IMG/VR virus record: IMGVR_UViG_3300029258_003221
Coordinates: 124,001-188,000 of that record
DNA length: 64,000 nucleotides
Strand: one strand, 5' to 3'
Shown here: positions 35,147-44,771 of the stretch, in pieces
Layout of the letters: every line of letters begins with the position of its first letter
Numbering within the stretch: the stretch's first letter is position 1
Notes under the pieces: model-generated
What the model saw: only the letters and a program-made list of their open reading frames with translations
Told to the model about the DNA's origin: nothing
Database searches by the model: none
Program-made: the position numbers and the translations under genes

Positions 35147-35680
35147 CTAAGCAACGTATTGTGGTAGTCGGGTCTCGAATGCCAGTTTTTCAACTGGAGT
35201 CATGTGGTATCTTTGATTTTTGATGACTCTGGCAATCACTGCATCGTGAAATGCCATGACGTTTTCCGGGGTGTCGTGTACTACAATCTCCTTGGATTCA
35301 AAGGCAGGATAGTACCCATCCATCACCTGAACATCACCTGATGGGACGTGAAAATCCCCTTGAGCATAAACTTCGTACATTGTTACTGGGAGAACGATCA
35401 GCCGACTTGTTGAAAAATCCCAGTGTCTATTTTGTCCATAGCCTGTCGTCCATGATCGTTTGCCTTGGATTGCCAGTGAAACGGCACGATCAAAATCTTT
35501 GAATGCGAAGAATCCTGTTTCTTCATCATCGACACGGATTCGTTCGTTTGATGGGTAGTGCAGTCCTTTTTTAAGACACATAAAGAAGGCAGATACCAAA
35601 TTGCCATCTTTATCTTTGGCAAAGATTTTGAACGCTTCCTGCTGTTTGATTTCAGCATTGTTTTTGATCGTGAGTCCCAT
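35147..35680 (-). CDS. hypothetical protein
   Basis: 177 aa. Confidence 0.7.
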   Translation of the reverse strand: MGLTIKNNAEIKQQEAFKIFAKDKDGNLVSAFFMCLKKGLHYPSNERIRVDDEETGFFAFKDFDRAVSLAIQGKRSWTTGYGQNRHWDFSTSRLIVLPVTMYEVYAQGDFHVPSGDVQVMDGYYPAFESKEIVVHDTPENVMAFHDAVIARVIKNQRYHMTPVEKLAFETRLPQYVA

Positions 35681-35682
35681 TA

Positions 35683-35916
35683 TCAGGTGTCCTCTTCTTT
35701 GAAGATTGGCATAGTTTTCCAGTCGTCTACGCCATAAGGATGTTCTGAATCGTAAAACCGTTCATTGATACGAGCGACACAGTGTCCTGAAAATCGTCCG
35801 CATTTTTCACAGTCATTCGTTTCACAGTGCTTCTGCTTCTGCGATTTCATCAGGTGTCGGAATTTTGACGAAACTTCCGTAATGACTTCCATCACCAGCA
35901 AAGGTGATATGAGCAT
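35683..35916 (-). CDS. hypothetical Cys-containing protein (start uncertain)
   Basis: ORF filling gap. Confidence 0.5.
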   Translation of the reverse strand: MLISPLLVMEVITEVSSKFRHLMKSQKQKHCETNDCEKCGRFSGHCVARINERFYDSEHPYGVDDWKTMPIFKEEDT

Positions 35917-36484
35917 CAGGATAATCGCTAATCACTCCAAACAAGTCCTGTCGGATAGCGTCTTCGATGTCGTCTCCGACGTGACCTTGCCTTGAGTAGT
36001 CTGTTTCGATTGTTTCTTTGATTTCTTGTCCACAATGTTCACAGTCTGTAATTTTGTGGATTTCAAAGTAATGACAAGTGCCATTGCACCAGTCAGTGTA
36101 TCGTTCGAGGAAGCGTTTTGCGTCCTTTTCTCGTTCATCGGGTGTCTTGGCACCCATGTCCTCAGCTTTGTGGTTCCAGAGCAAAATGCCAGCACAACTG
36201 GTATTATCCCATGTGCTACTAGGACCAGTTCCATGAATTGACCACATTCCCAAACCGTGTTCGTAATAGTCGAGCAGGAAAGCGAATCCCTGCTCAAACT
36301 TTTCCTTCAGTTCTTCGGTGGCAGGAACGATCTTGCCGTTTTCAAACTTGAGGTAGTTTTCGGGATCTTCATAGTTGATGAACTTTGAAGAAAAGCTAAT
36401 TGGTTTCCATTCACAGTCATAACTCGCAGGGTTCAGATGTTCTGCATCGAGATCAGGACTGATTGTGATTCGGATGTTCGTCAT
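35822..36484 (-). CDS. hypothetical protein
   Basis: about 220 aa; CEHC motif. Confidence 0.75.
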   Translation of the reverse strand: MTNIRITISPDLDAEHLNPASYDCEWKPISFSSKFINYEDPENYLKFENGKIVPATEELKEKFEQGFAFLLDYYEHGLGMWSIHGTGPSSTWDNTSCAGILLWNHKAEDMGAKTPDEREKDAKRFLERYTDWCNGTCHYFEIHKITDCEHCGQEIKETIETDYSRQGHVGDDIEDAIRQDLFGVISDYPDAHITFAGDGSHYGSFVKIPTPDEIAEAEAL

Positions 36485-36510
36485 TATTTTCCCCTTTGTT
36501 GAAAGAATTG

Positions 36511-36590
36511 CCCCTGATTGTTCTGGCACTCCTCCACGTGCATACGGCGTTTACCAGCACTATGGTTGGCTACCTGCATCCAATCAGGGG
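36511..36590 (-). ncRNA. candidate structured RNA
   Basis: perfect 10-bp closing stem CCCCTGATTG/CAATCAGGGG around 60 nt. Confidence 0.35.
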
Positions 36591-36600
36591 ACTTGTTTCT

Positions 36601-36804
36601 TTATGACTGGGTGTCGTCAAAAGACGATTCCAGCAGTACAGGGTGATCTTCATCCAGTGATGGATGATCTTCACCAGCGATTCTCAACTCAGCGGCAAAA
36701 CATTCATTGTCGCCGTGATCACAGAGCATCTCAATGGTCACATCGGAATCCAGTTGCTCATCGGTCCAGTTAGCCATTTCAGCCTGAAGTTCTCTGTATG
36801 TCAT
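36601..36804 (-). CDS. small acidic protein
   Basis: start moved to MTYRELQ. Confidence 0.65.
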   Translation of the reverse strand: MTYRELQAEMANWTDEQLDSDVTIEMLCDHGDNECFAAELRIAGEDHPSLDEDHPVLLESSFDDTQS

Positions 36805-36973
36805 TGATTTCAGCTTTCCAGATTGTAGCGACGTGCGGAACAGAAATTGATTGGGCAGATTTCCAGTGGTCCCCACTTGTATTATCTGCCGTTGTAGGTA
36901 ATTGAGGGTTCGCAATTTTTGTTGAAGTGTGCGAAACTCATTCCAACGATGATATGATCGTCGGCTTCACTGA

Positions 36974-37255
36974 TTACGGTGTATCCTTTGGACATAACAA
37001 CCTCATTTGTTCTGTTCGGAAGGGTTGTGTAACTTCATCCCGAATACGTTGAAAAGCATGAGACATAGCCACATCAACGGTTGCCACATCAGCAGGATCA
37101 ATATCCAGATCGTCCATCAATGTGACTATTGCTTCGTCCAGAATCTGTCTGACCAGATCGCAGGTCATTGGGATTCTTTTGTATGCTTCCTGTTGAACGT
37201 GCTTTGGCATAGCACGTTGTTCGGGAGTCATATTTTGTTCAGATGAAGTTGTCAT
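36974..37255 (-). CDS. hypothetical protein
   Basis: 93 aa. Confidence 0.65.
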   Translation of the reverse strand: MTTSSEQNMTPEQRAMPKHVQQEAYKRIPMTCDLVRQILDEAIVTLMDDLDIDPADVATVDVAMSHAFQRIRDEVTQPFRTEQMRLLCPKDTP

Positions 37256-37260
37256 GGCTT

Positions 37261-38025
37261 TTATACAGGTGTCCCCGATAGTGTGGTGAACAGCCTGAGA
37301 TATTCTTTGGGGTTCTTTTTCATCAGAGTTTCGATGGCATCGAGAATCTTCTGAGGATTGTTTTCCTTTCCTCTTGCCCGCTGCCCTTCTTCAATTGCCC
37401 GACTGACCGCTGCTACCTTCTGCCATTTAGCAGCGATAGACTTCTGTTCATCGGTCATCGGAGGAACTGACAGATCGATAGGTTCAAGGTCTGTCGGGTC
37501 GATATCCCCCACCCTTGGCTTTGCCTCATAAATGTTTGAGTAGTTCGGAGTGAATGAGGTTTTGACGTTATCGCTGCCAAACTTTTCACCGAGTACCATT
37601 GCCGGGTAGTAGTTATAAGAGATTGAACCATCGACGTTTCGTCGTGGGAGATCGTACTCTCTCCACTGACCGACAAGAGCAATCGGCTTCAACTTTGTTT
37701 CACCATCTTCAATGAAGGCTTCACAACGCACATAGTTGTTGAATCCGTTGTTGTAGTGAACAATCTGTCCCGGCTTCAGAGAAGCATAGAAACTTTCGTG
37801 GTCATCAGCTCTGCCTGACCAGAATTCTTCTGAAGACAAAGCAAGATGAATTTCTTCTCTGGTGAAGGCACGGGTCACACCGGAATAATCCGGGCAATCA
37901 ACAATCTGGCAAATCCAGACTCCCTGTCCACGGGAATGTTTGACTTCCCAACATGGGTTCGCATCAGCATGATGCCAATGAAACTTCAGACCTTTGGTGA
38001 TTCGTTTGCGAGTTGCTGTCGGCAT
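37261..38025 (-). CDS. hypothetical phage protein
   Basis: 254 aa, RBS. Confidence 0.8.
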   Translation of the reverse strand: MPTATRKRITKGLKFHWHHADANPCWEVKHSRGQGVWICQIVDCPDYSGVTRAFTREEIHLALSSEEFWSGRADDHESFYASLKPGQIVHYNNGFNNYVRCEAFIEDGETKLKPIALVGQWREYDLPRRNVDGSISYNYYPAMVLGEKFGSDNVKTSFTPNYSNIYEAKPRVGDIDPTDLEPIDLSVPPMTDEQKSIAAKWQKVAAVSRAIEEGQRARGKENNPQKILDAIETLMKKNPKEYLRLFTTLSGTPV

Positions 38026-38049
38026 TGTTGTCCCCTGTTGAAGTATTGG

Positions 38050-38403
38050 TTATGTACTGTTGATGGGTGTCAACGAAGTACAGGAATTGACTTTTAGATA
38101 CGCTCTTGTTGAACCATAGGATTCGCCATAGATCGGTTCGTAAGTGAAATTAGCTTTACGAGACAGAAGTTGTCTGACTATCGGATCGAGTCGAACAGCA
38201 TCTGCGAGAGTATCATAGGTGACAACAACGCACGACATACGGTCGCCATCCCATCCACGGGTATCATCTTTGGCTGAATGTAAACCACGATCTTCCTTCA
38301 GTTCTTTGTTTACATCATCAGCAAGAGCAGTTGCTCTTTCGTATCCGCACATCAGATCGTATGCCACTCTGACGTAACGTTCTTCTTTTCTGATATGTGG
38401 CAT
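38050..38403 (-). CDS. hypothetical protein
   Basis: 117 aa. Confidence 0.65.
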   Translation of the reverse strand: MPHIRKEERYVRVAYDLMCGYERATALADDVNKELKEDRGLHSAKDDTRGWDGDRMSCVVVTYDTLADAVRLDPIVRQLLSRKANFTYEPIYGESYGSTRAYLKVNSCTSLTPINST

Positions 38404-38485
38404 GAGTTGCCTTTGTAAGTCGGGACGGGGTGCATAACCCGTGCGTTTTATTGCACAATCATTTTACTTTTACAGATTGTGTTGG

Positions 38486-38986
38486 TTATTCCCCCGTCCC
38501 CGTGTTTCTTTGTTTGAGAATTGTTTCTCGTGCTTCGATATGGGGTGTCAACTCTGATGAGGTTTTCACCCCTTTGAGTTGTTTCTTACGTCGTTCTCGG
38601 TTGGAATGGGTTTCGTGCCAGTCCTTAATTGCCTCTGCCATCACTTCTTCTGGGTTCAGCCCATTGTCTTCCGCATAGACTTCAACAAAGTCTACGATAT
38701 CCCGTCCAAGCTGAACGGTGGCATTGACTGTTCGTGCTTCAATCAGATGATCAGCAATAACATCCTGTGAGACAAAGTTTGCACGTTGATAGACAAGAAA
38801 TAATCTGGCAGCAATTCGCTTTTGGGCGAAGTGTGCTTTGTCTCGCACGTCCAGTTCATCATCGGCGTTGAGTCGGTTTTCCAGCACACAATAGAACGAA
38901 TACAGGGGACTCTGCATGTCCTTTGTTTCTTCGATGGTGCTGTTTATCAGATGAGTGAACTGTTCAACGGATTTTTTGTCAATCAT
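38486..38986 (-). CDS. hypothetical protein
   Basis: 166 aa, AGGAG RBS. Confidence 0.7.
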   Translation of the reverse strand: MIDKKSVEQFTHLINSTIEETKDMQSPLYSFYCVLENRLNADDELDVRDKAHFAQKRIAARLFLVYQRANFVSQDVIADHLIEARTVNATVQLGRDIVDFVEVYAEDNGLNPEEVMAEAIKDWHETHSNRERRKKQLKGVKTSSELTPHIEARETILKQRNTGTGE

Positions 38987-38994
38987 GGTTGCTC

Positions 38995-39522
38995 CTATGC
39001 AACTTCGTGAAGTTTGTCGATGTACTCTTTGGCTTTATCGTAACCCCAAGCATGGATCATTTGACCGTCTTTGGTTACGTCTTCTTCAGGAAAGAGGGTG
39101 TCAGCTTTTTTATCAACGATGGTTTGTGACCAGTCGATGACGATGACACGTTTTCGCCATCCTGTTTTGATGTGACCGATTTCAGTAGTCACAATGTGCC
39201 AGACAGGATAAAAGGGTCTGTTGAGGTATTCGTTAGGAATGTCCTGAACGAAAATAGAACGATCACCAAAACAAGCGAGAAGTTGTTCTTTTTCGTTCTG
39301 GTTTCTTTGTTGAATCTCCGGGTCGTGAATAGATTCCAGATCTTCCAGTGCATAGAAAACCTTTTCGGTACACTGTCTGAAGACACGTGTTTCTTCGTAT
39401 GTTAAATCCTGAAGATCCAGCTTGGTTTTTACCAGTAGAACTGCACCATACGAAGCGCTGTCGATGCTGTGAGCAAATTCGTAACCAGCAGCTTTGAGGT
39501 TGTCTATATCTCTGAGGTTCAT
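38995..39522 (-). CDS. phage-type hypothetical protein
   Basis: 175 aa; GWRKRVIVIDW...IHAWGY.KA motif. Confidence 0.8.
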   Translation of the reverse strand: MNLRDIDNLKAAGYEFAHSIDSASYGAVLLVKTKLDLQDLTYEETRVFRQCTEKVFYALEDLESIHDPEIQQRNQNEKEQLLACFGDRSIFVQDIPNEYLNRPFYPVWHIVTTEIGHIKTGWRKRVIVIDWSQTIVDKKADTLFPEEDVTKDGQMIHAWGYDKAKEYIDKLHEVA

Positions 39523-39527
39523 ATTGT

Positions 39528-39881
39528 TTATCCTTTGATTGCCTGCATGGCAGCTTCCTCTGTTTCTCCGAGGAAATCTCCATAAACTCTGTGAGTGGGG
39601 TCATCCCCTTGAAACCAATATCCTGTTCGGGTGTCCCCGAATCGGTCTTCTGCTTTCACGTAAGTACAACCAAGTGCTATCAGTTGCTCATGGGCTGAAG
39701 CAGTGGCTTTGCAGATTGAGACCGTGATTTGATCGACGACATAGCAAAGTGTGCCAGTTTCAATATCACAGGCATTCCAATTTCCATTGCCACTGTTCTT
39801 TTGGAGTTTCACATGCTCCAAGTCATCGATGTAGAATTTTGCACCGGGAGCAAGGTCGCCGAATTTGATTTGGGTCAACAT
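39528..39881 (-). CDS. hypothetical protein sharing N-terminal domain with neighbour
   Basis: F.DL.PG..F...HVKL...NAC.I.TG.LC.V. Confidence 0.7.
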   Translation of the reverse strand: MLTQIKFGDLAPGAKFYIDDLEHVKLQKNSGNGNWNACDIETGTLCYVVDQITVSICKATASAHEQLIALGCTYVKAEDRFGDTRTGYWFQGDDPTHRVYGDFLGETEEAAMQAIKG

Positions 39882-39892
39882 GCTGTGTTCCT

Positions 39893-40492
39893 TTAGCCTA
39901 TCAAATTATCATTGCCGCACCAGTCAGATTCAGCAACGTGGTAGCACTCCAAGGACAGACTCACGAAACCTTGCCTTTGTATGTGGCATTCCAGTGTTTC
40001 AGGGTCGGTATAAACCTGTGAAGAGGTGTCAGCAAATTCATTTTCAATTTCAGTATGGATATCAAACAGACCTACAGCATCATTGCTTGGATCGTGTTTG
40101 TTCCAGTTTTTGATTGCCTCTCCGAGTCGTCGTTTGATTTCATTTTCACTCACATCAAACAACGCACACCCCTCTACCGCAACAATGATTGGATGCTCTG
40201 AATGGCTCAGATAGAAACGAAACGGCTGAACTGCCCCTTGGATCTCAGCTCTAACCTCACAATTCTTGTGTTCGGGAACTTCACACAGACAGCCTGTGCT
40301 GATCTCACAGGCGTTGAAATTGTTTGTTGGTTCATCAAGTTTGACATGACATTTGATGTCACCCCAGTTCTCAGCCCAGAATCTTTGTCCGGGCAGAACT
40401 TCGCTGAATGGTTTTTGAATGGTGCGATTTGGCTTCATTGTGAGGGCGATATCAGAGGACATATCGAAAGATGCGGAATTTGATTGAGTCAC
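39893..40492 (-). CDS. hypothetical protein sharing N-terminal domain with neighbour
   Basis: F.EV.PG..F...HVKL...NAC.I.TG.LC.V. Confidence 0.7.
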   Translation of the reverse strand: MTQSNSASFDMSSDIALTMKPNRTIQKPFSEVLPGQRFWAENWGDIKCHVKLDEPTNNFNACEISTGCLCEVPEHKNCEVRAEIQGAVQPFRFYLSHSEHPIIVAVEGCALFDVSENEIKRRLGEAIKNWNKHDPSNDAVGLFDIHTEIENEFADTSSQVYTDPETLECHIQRQGFVSLSLECYHVAESDWCGNDNLIG

Positions 40493-40553
40493 AGTTCGCC
40501 TTAGTAGTTGAATTTAGTAATCGGCTTGAGTGATGCTACCCTATAAGGGTGTC

Positions 40554-40745
40554 TCAATCTTTGTAGATCAATTGTTTATCATAATCCGGTGCAAGATCGG
40601 ATTCAAAACACTTGACCTTCGACCCATCCTCTAATTCGATTGTAACGGGTCTGTTGCGTAACAAACTGATTTGATGAATTGCAGACACAGTACAAAGATT
40701 CCCTTTATACCGTGCTTTCCTGCCAACGTAGATGACGATTGCCAT
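40554..40745 (-). CDS. hypothetical protein
   Basis: start moved; TGA-GACACCC. Confidence 0.6.
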   Translation of the reverse strand: MAIVIYVGRKARYKGNLCTVSAIHQISLLRNRPVTIELEDGSKVKCFESDLAPDYDKQLIYKD

Positions 40746-40752
40746 AATGTTC

Positions 40753-40989
40753 CTAAGCGTAGGTATGCGGAAGTTTCTTTGGTGACCCATCAACGAGTCG
40801 ATAAGCCCCGATGAAAGCACCTGTGAATTTGTTTTGAACGTCCAGCACTTCACCTTCGTTGAACACCTTGGAATGAAGCGCTCTGTCGAGAGCAATATCA
40901 AAAGTTTCTGCTTCAAAGTAATGTCCCTGTCGTTTCGAGAAGTCTCCATCTTCGTACATTTCGGGACGTGTGACACGAATTTCAATCAT
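40753..40989 (-). CDS. hypothetical protein
   Basis: start moved. Confidence 0.65.
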   Translation of the reverse strand: MIEIRVTRPEMYEDGDFSKRQGHYFEAETFDIALDRALHSKVFNEGEVLDVQNKFTGAFIGAYRLVDGSPKKLPHTYA

Positions 40990-41000
40990 TGTTCTTCCTT

Positions 41001-41240
41001 TCAGGATGGGATGGTACAGCGGAAACATCCGTTGCCATCATCCACGAGTTTTTCAGCCTCAATCATGGCATCGAGAAACTGGTTGGCTTCCTGTTCATTG
41101 AGGCTTGTCAGTTTAACCAGTTCGTTTATCAGGTGTCCACGTGAGTTGTTGCCCTTTTCACATTCTGTCCCGACAACGGAGACATAGAAGTGAACATCAA
41201 GTGTAAGAATTGGATTTACCATTGTGGAAACTCCAACCAA
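41001..41240 (-). CDS. hypothetical protein
   Basis: ORF in operon. Confidence 0.55.
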   Translation of the reverse strand: MVGVSTMVNPILTLDVHFYVSVVGTECEKGNNSRGHLINELVKLTSLNEQEANQFLDAMIEAEKLVDDGNGCFRCTIPS

Positions 41241-41482
41241 AATTGGCCAATGATTTCTTTTTTGTCAACGGAGACGATAGTTCGTGTATGATGTGTCTTG
41301 CCGTTAATTTCGTATGTGGTGTCAACCATTTGTGCATCGGGATGGTTTTGTTCGTTTTCAAACAACCAAACAGAAACAGTGTGGTTCAGAAACCCAATTG
41401 CGGTGTAAACGGAAACCTCTTCATATCCGGCAACCTGCCTTTGTTCACCATTAAATTCAGACAGGATCTGTACTGTTGCCAT
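41216..41482 (-). CDS. hypothetical protein
   Basis: GGAG RBS. Confidence 0.65.
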   Translation of the reverse strand: MATVQILSEFNGEQRQVAGYEEVSVYTAIGFLNHTVSVWLFENEQNHPDAQMVDTTYEINGKTHHTRTIVSVDKKEIIGQFWLEFPQW

Positions 41483-41648
41483 TTTCTCCGCTTTCAATCA
41501 AATGAAGAGCAGTAAAGAACCAAACGCACCCCACGAAGCTATAAATGAAAACTTCCAGTGCAGCCTTTATCCCACCAACTGATGCAATGAAGACAAAGAA
41601 TGTCACAAACATTGCAACGATCATCGCAATTCCGATGTATTTTTTCAT
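41457..41648 (-). CDS. small 2-TM membrane protein
   Basis: two hydrophobic segments. Confidence 0.6.
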   Translation of the reverse strand: MKKYIGIAMIVAMFVTFFVFIASVGGIKAALEVFIYSFVGCVWFFTALHLIESGENGNSTDPV

Positions 41649-41923
41649 CAGGTGTCCTTTCTGTTCGATTCTCTTGCCTTTTCCAAATCAATGATTTGGG
41701 GTTCCTGTTCGTTGATGTCTTTGTAAACAATCAGTCGCAGAGAACCATTGTAGTATTCGATACCAAGAGGAGAACCGTGACCATCTTCACTGGTCGCATC
41801 ACCATATCCTTCAGGCAGTACCCAAAGGATATCACTGGTCCCGTCGAATTCGATATTCAGCTTCGGTCGCTGAGCGTTCGGGTTGTCTCCGCAATCGATA
41901 AGTTGATGTTTTGCGATTGCCAT
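41648..41923 (-). CDS. hypothetical protein
   Basis: start moved. Confidence 0.7.
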   Translation of the reverse strand: MAIAKHQLIDCGDNPNAQRPKLNIEFDGTSDILWVLPEGYGDATSEDGHGSPLGIEYYNGSLRLIVYKDINEQEPQIIDLEKARESNRKDT

Positions 41924-42155
41924 TGTTGTTTCCTTCGAGTTGATTGATTCTTTGTTCAAGGTGTTCGATTTGTTTTAGGTGGGTGTTCAGTATCTCCCAC
42001 TGTTCCTGTGTCCAGTTGGATGGCTTCCCTGACAAAGTGTACTTGGCATTTTCTTTTTCAGAATTCAAGCAGACAATAAGAACAATGCCCAACAGAATAG
42101 AAGAAGCAACAATGAACAGCATCATGCAAAATGAAAGCAGTTTGTGAAAACTCAT
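41832..42155 (-). CDS. membrane-anchored hypothetical protein
   Basis: N-terminal TM, coiled coil. Confidence 0.55.
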   Translation of the reverse strand: MSFHKLLSFCMMLFIVASSILLGIVLIVCLNSEKENAKYTLSGKPSNWTQEQWEILNTHLKQIEHLEQRINQLEGNNNGNRKTSTYRLRRQPERSATEAEYRIRRDQ

Positions 42156-42355
42156 TGTTGCTTCCTCAAGTGTGGAAATTCATCTGAGACCTTCACTACC
42201 TCAACATCCAAAATGAGATGTGGGTTAAAGTAAACAGTGATTTCTTCTGGGTCAGATGCTATGGCATCTGTTACGTGACTGATTTCTTTGATCGGAACAA
42301 AGTCTTCAGCGTCCAAGTCCACAGCGAGCGTAACGTAGACACGTCTTCCTGCCAT
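42152..42355 (-). CDS. hypothetical protein
   Basis: 67 aa. Confidence 0.6.
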   Translation of the reverse strand: MAGRRVYVTLAVDLDAEDFVPIKEISHVTDAIASDPEEITVYFNPHLILDVEVVKVSDEFPHLRKQQ

Positions 42356-42876
42356 TCCAGTTCTTCTCCATAGTCAGGGGGATCGATTCGTGTTCCACTG
42401 TCGTGGTAGGTGTCCAGTTTTACCTTACGACACTTCCAGTCACGACACAGAACCACAGCGACAATAGAATCACTGGATTCACGTGTGTTTTGGTGACATT
42501 CAACAGACTCAATGTAAAGCACACGTCGGATGCGTGGTGGTTCAGGATCATCAAAGGTCGCTTCGTACTCAACACTGATCAGTTCGTTAGCATCATTGCG
42601 ACCAAACTTGCGATGCATGACCGGGGTATTGTCAGCATACCACTGCTTTGTTTCTGCCCAATCTTTGTGTGTTTCCTCAGTGATTCGTACCAGTTCAGGT
42701 CCGGTTTCAGAAACCTCACTGAGTGACTGTTCCATACGTCGGTTGTCTTCGTCGATCTCATTCCAGAGATCAACCATATAATCTTCTGGCTGTTGTCCGG
42801 TTCGCTGTGCTTCTTCGGCAATAAACTCAAAGTGAGTCATTACAGTGCAACCAGTTACAGGGTCGGTCTTCGGCAT
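42271..42876 (-). CDS. hypothetical protein
   Basis: 201 aa. Confidence 0.7.
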   Translation of the reverse strand: MPKTDPVTGCTVMTHFEFIAEEAQRTGQQPEDYMVDLWNEIDEDNRRMEQSLSEVSETGPELVRITEETHKDWAETKQWYADNTPVMHRKFGRNDANELISVEYEATFDDPEPPRIRRVLYIESVECHQNTRESSDSIVAVVLCRDWKCRKVKLDTYHDSGTRIDPPDYGEELEWQEDVSTLRSLWTWTLKTLFRSKKSVT

Positions 42877-42925
42877 TGTTTGTTTCCTTAATGGGAGTTG
42901 TTGAATGCCGGTTTACCGGGTGTCT

Positions 42926-43207
42926 TTAAGCAGGCACTCGACGCCAAACGATCATCCTCATGATTTCTGCAATCCGTTCGAGTCTTGGTTCCATTGTAGG
43001 ATCAAGATCATTGATCGCATAGAAATCTGGATTCTTGCCCATTACGTCAATGTCTACTTTTCGGGTTTCTTCGCCATGTGGTGGAGAATAGAACGAGTTT
43101 TCTTCTCCCGTTTCGTATTCAACGATAGCATCGACGAGTTTCGCCAGACGTTCGTATTCACCCAAAGTGTAAGGGGCGATTGCCAGATTCTTGTTAATCA
43201 TTGTCAC
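42926..43207 (-). CDS. hypothetical protein
   Basis: 93 aa, GAGGAG RBS. Confidence 0.65.
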   Translation of the reverse strand: MTMINKNLAIAPYTLGEYERLAKLVDAIVEYETGEENSFYSPPHGEETRKVDIDVMGKNPDFYAINDLDPTMEPRLERIAEIMRMIVWRRVPA

Positions 43208-43554
43208 TCCTCTGGTGGATCATCCAGCAACAGAACTGCCATTGTTGTTGGAGATTTGTCTTCATGAGTCGATCTGAAGTTTGTTGGACCGCAACCAAGT
43301 GCCATCACTCGTTGTGTGGGAACTTTGGCTGAACCATTTTCAACATGGTGTCCAGTTTTGTGTGCCATAATATCAACGCACTTCGGAACACCTACTTCAG
43401 AGTAAGAGCAAAAAGCAAAGGTCACATGCTGACCATTTGACAGAACGCAACTTAGTGTTGAGTGACCATCGGGAACATCGATGGTAATATGAGGACCATT
43501 GTTGTAAACGGGATACCCGTCTGCTTCTGCCTGTTCACGTGTCCTAGTTTCCAT
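43204..43554 (-). CDS. hypothetical protein
   Basis: 116 aa. Confidence 0.7.
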   Translation of the reverse strand: METRTREQAEADGYPVYNNGPHITIDVPDGHSTLSCVLSNGQHVTFAFCSYSEVGVPKCVDIMAHKTGHHVENGSAKVPTQRVMALGCGPTNFRSTHEDKSPTTMAVLLLDDPPEE

Positions 43555-43745
43555 TAGTATCTTCCTTCCACTTTGTGTACCATTGATTCAGTAGATTTGG
43601 AATTTGCTGTATTTCGGATTGCGTCTAAAGTCTGGACAACCTGTTCATCAATCCACGAATCAATGTTTGGGATATGTGAATTGTTCTGAAGAAATCGAAG
43701 TCTCAGACTCTTGACTGCAAACTCCCATGCGTCATTCTGTTTCAT
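43554..43745 (-). CDS. hypothetical protein
   Basis: 63 aa, AGGAG RBS. Confidence 0.6.
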   Translation of the reverse strand: MKQNDAWEFAVKSLRLRFLQNNSHIPNIDSWIDEQVVQTLDAIRNTANSKSTESMVHKVEGRY

Positions 43746-43754
43746 GGATGTCTC

Positions 43755-44024
43755 CTATGGAAGATAATCACCAATGTGATGATCTGGTTTTCTGATACCA
43801 TCCTTGGTAACAAGGTTTACCGTTTTCCCATTAGTAACACGCAGTTCCACACCAGAGGGCACATGATAATCTATGATTTCTCCAGTAATGTTGGTAACAA
43901 TGGTTACTCGTTTCTTCCTGAAGGCATCTTTGAACATAGCTCCAGCAAATCCGCCGATAAGACCAGCAACCATGCCAAGTGTAATCAAAGATGAATTATC
44001 GATACTGTCAAACAGTTCAAGCAT
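43755..44024 (-). CDS. membrane-anchored hypothetical protein
   Basis: N-terminal TM. Confidence 0.65.
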   Translation of the reverse strand: MLELFDSIDNSSLITLGMVAGLIGGFAGAMFKDAFRKKRVTIVTNITGEIIDYHVPSGVELRVTNGKTVNLVTKDGIRKPDHHIGDYLP

Positions 44025-44032
44025 GATGTTCC

Positions 44033-44401
44033 TTAGACGTTAGGTAGAGATCGATCTTCCACTCGAACATTCTGGACAAAGATTTGTGCCAGTTTCATGC
44101 TTGCTTCATTGCGAAGATCGCACGTACTGGCACTGACTCCCTTTTCGGCAAGATGTTCCAGCCAGCCAACACAGAATCGAGTGATGCCCTGTTGCAGTGT
44201 TCGGTGATCTCGGGACATTTTGTCAATGGCATAAGCACATGCTTCGTCGCCACTCATCTTGTTGACGAATTGGGAGAACGTCTCAGCGAATTCTTCACCA
44301 CGTTTCTGATCCTTATAGTCAATTTCAGACTGTGGACCTTCTTCAATGCGGTCGAATGCTGAGGAGTATGAAGTTCGGTAGAATTTGGTTTCAGTGGTCA
44401 T
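44033..44401 (-). CDS. hypothetical phage protein
   Basis: 122 aa, AGGAG RBS. Confidence 0.75.
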   Translation of the reverse strand: MTTETKFYRTSYSSAFDRIEEGPQSEIDYKDQKRGEEFAETFSQFVNKMSGDEACAYAIDKMSRDHRTLQQGITRFCVGWLEHLAEKGVSASTCDLRNEASMKLAQIFVQNVRVEDRSLPNV

Positions 44402-44447
44402 TCATCGACTCCTGCAATGTTAGAGGTAACAATCAACAGGTTAATTA

Positions 44448-44753
44448 TCAGGTGTCTTTGATGAACAAGACAGCTTGATTTGCTGAACCTGAAAACAGCA
44501 CTTCGTCTTCAACGTCATCATCTGGATACGGATACACAGTAGCCACTATCCCGTTTCCTTTGCCTTTATCACAGAAATTAACGTAATAGTCTGATTCCCT
44601 AGAAAGGTTAAAATCCTCACCGCCAAAACCTACGCCATGACCTGAAAACTCAAACCCAATCTCGCCCAATTCCCTCATTGCTTTGGCAATCGGCCAACGT
44701 GGCTCATACCACTCAATTTCCTGTTCGATATCTTTTTGGGCTTGTGTGGTCAT
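44448..44753 (-). CDS. hypothetical protein
   Basis: 101 aa. Confidence 0.7.
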   Translation of the reverse strand: MTTQAQKDIEQEIEWYEPRWPIAKAMRELGEIGFEFSGHGVGFGGEDFNLSRESDYYVNFCDKGKGNGIVATVYPYPDDDVEDEVLFSGSANQAVLFIKDT

Positions 44754-44771
44754 GATTTCCCTTTGGGTGTC

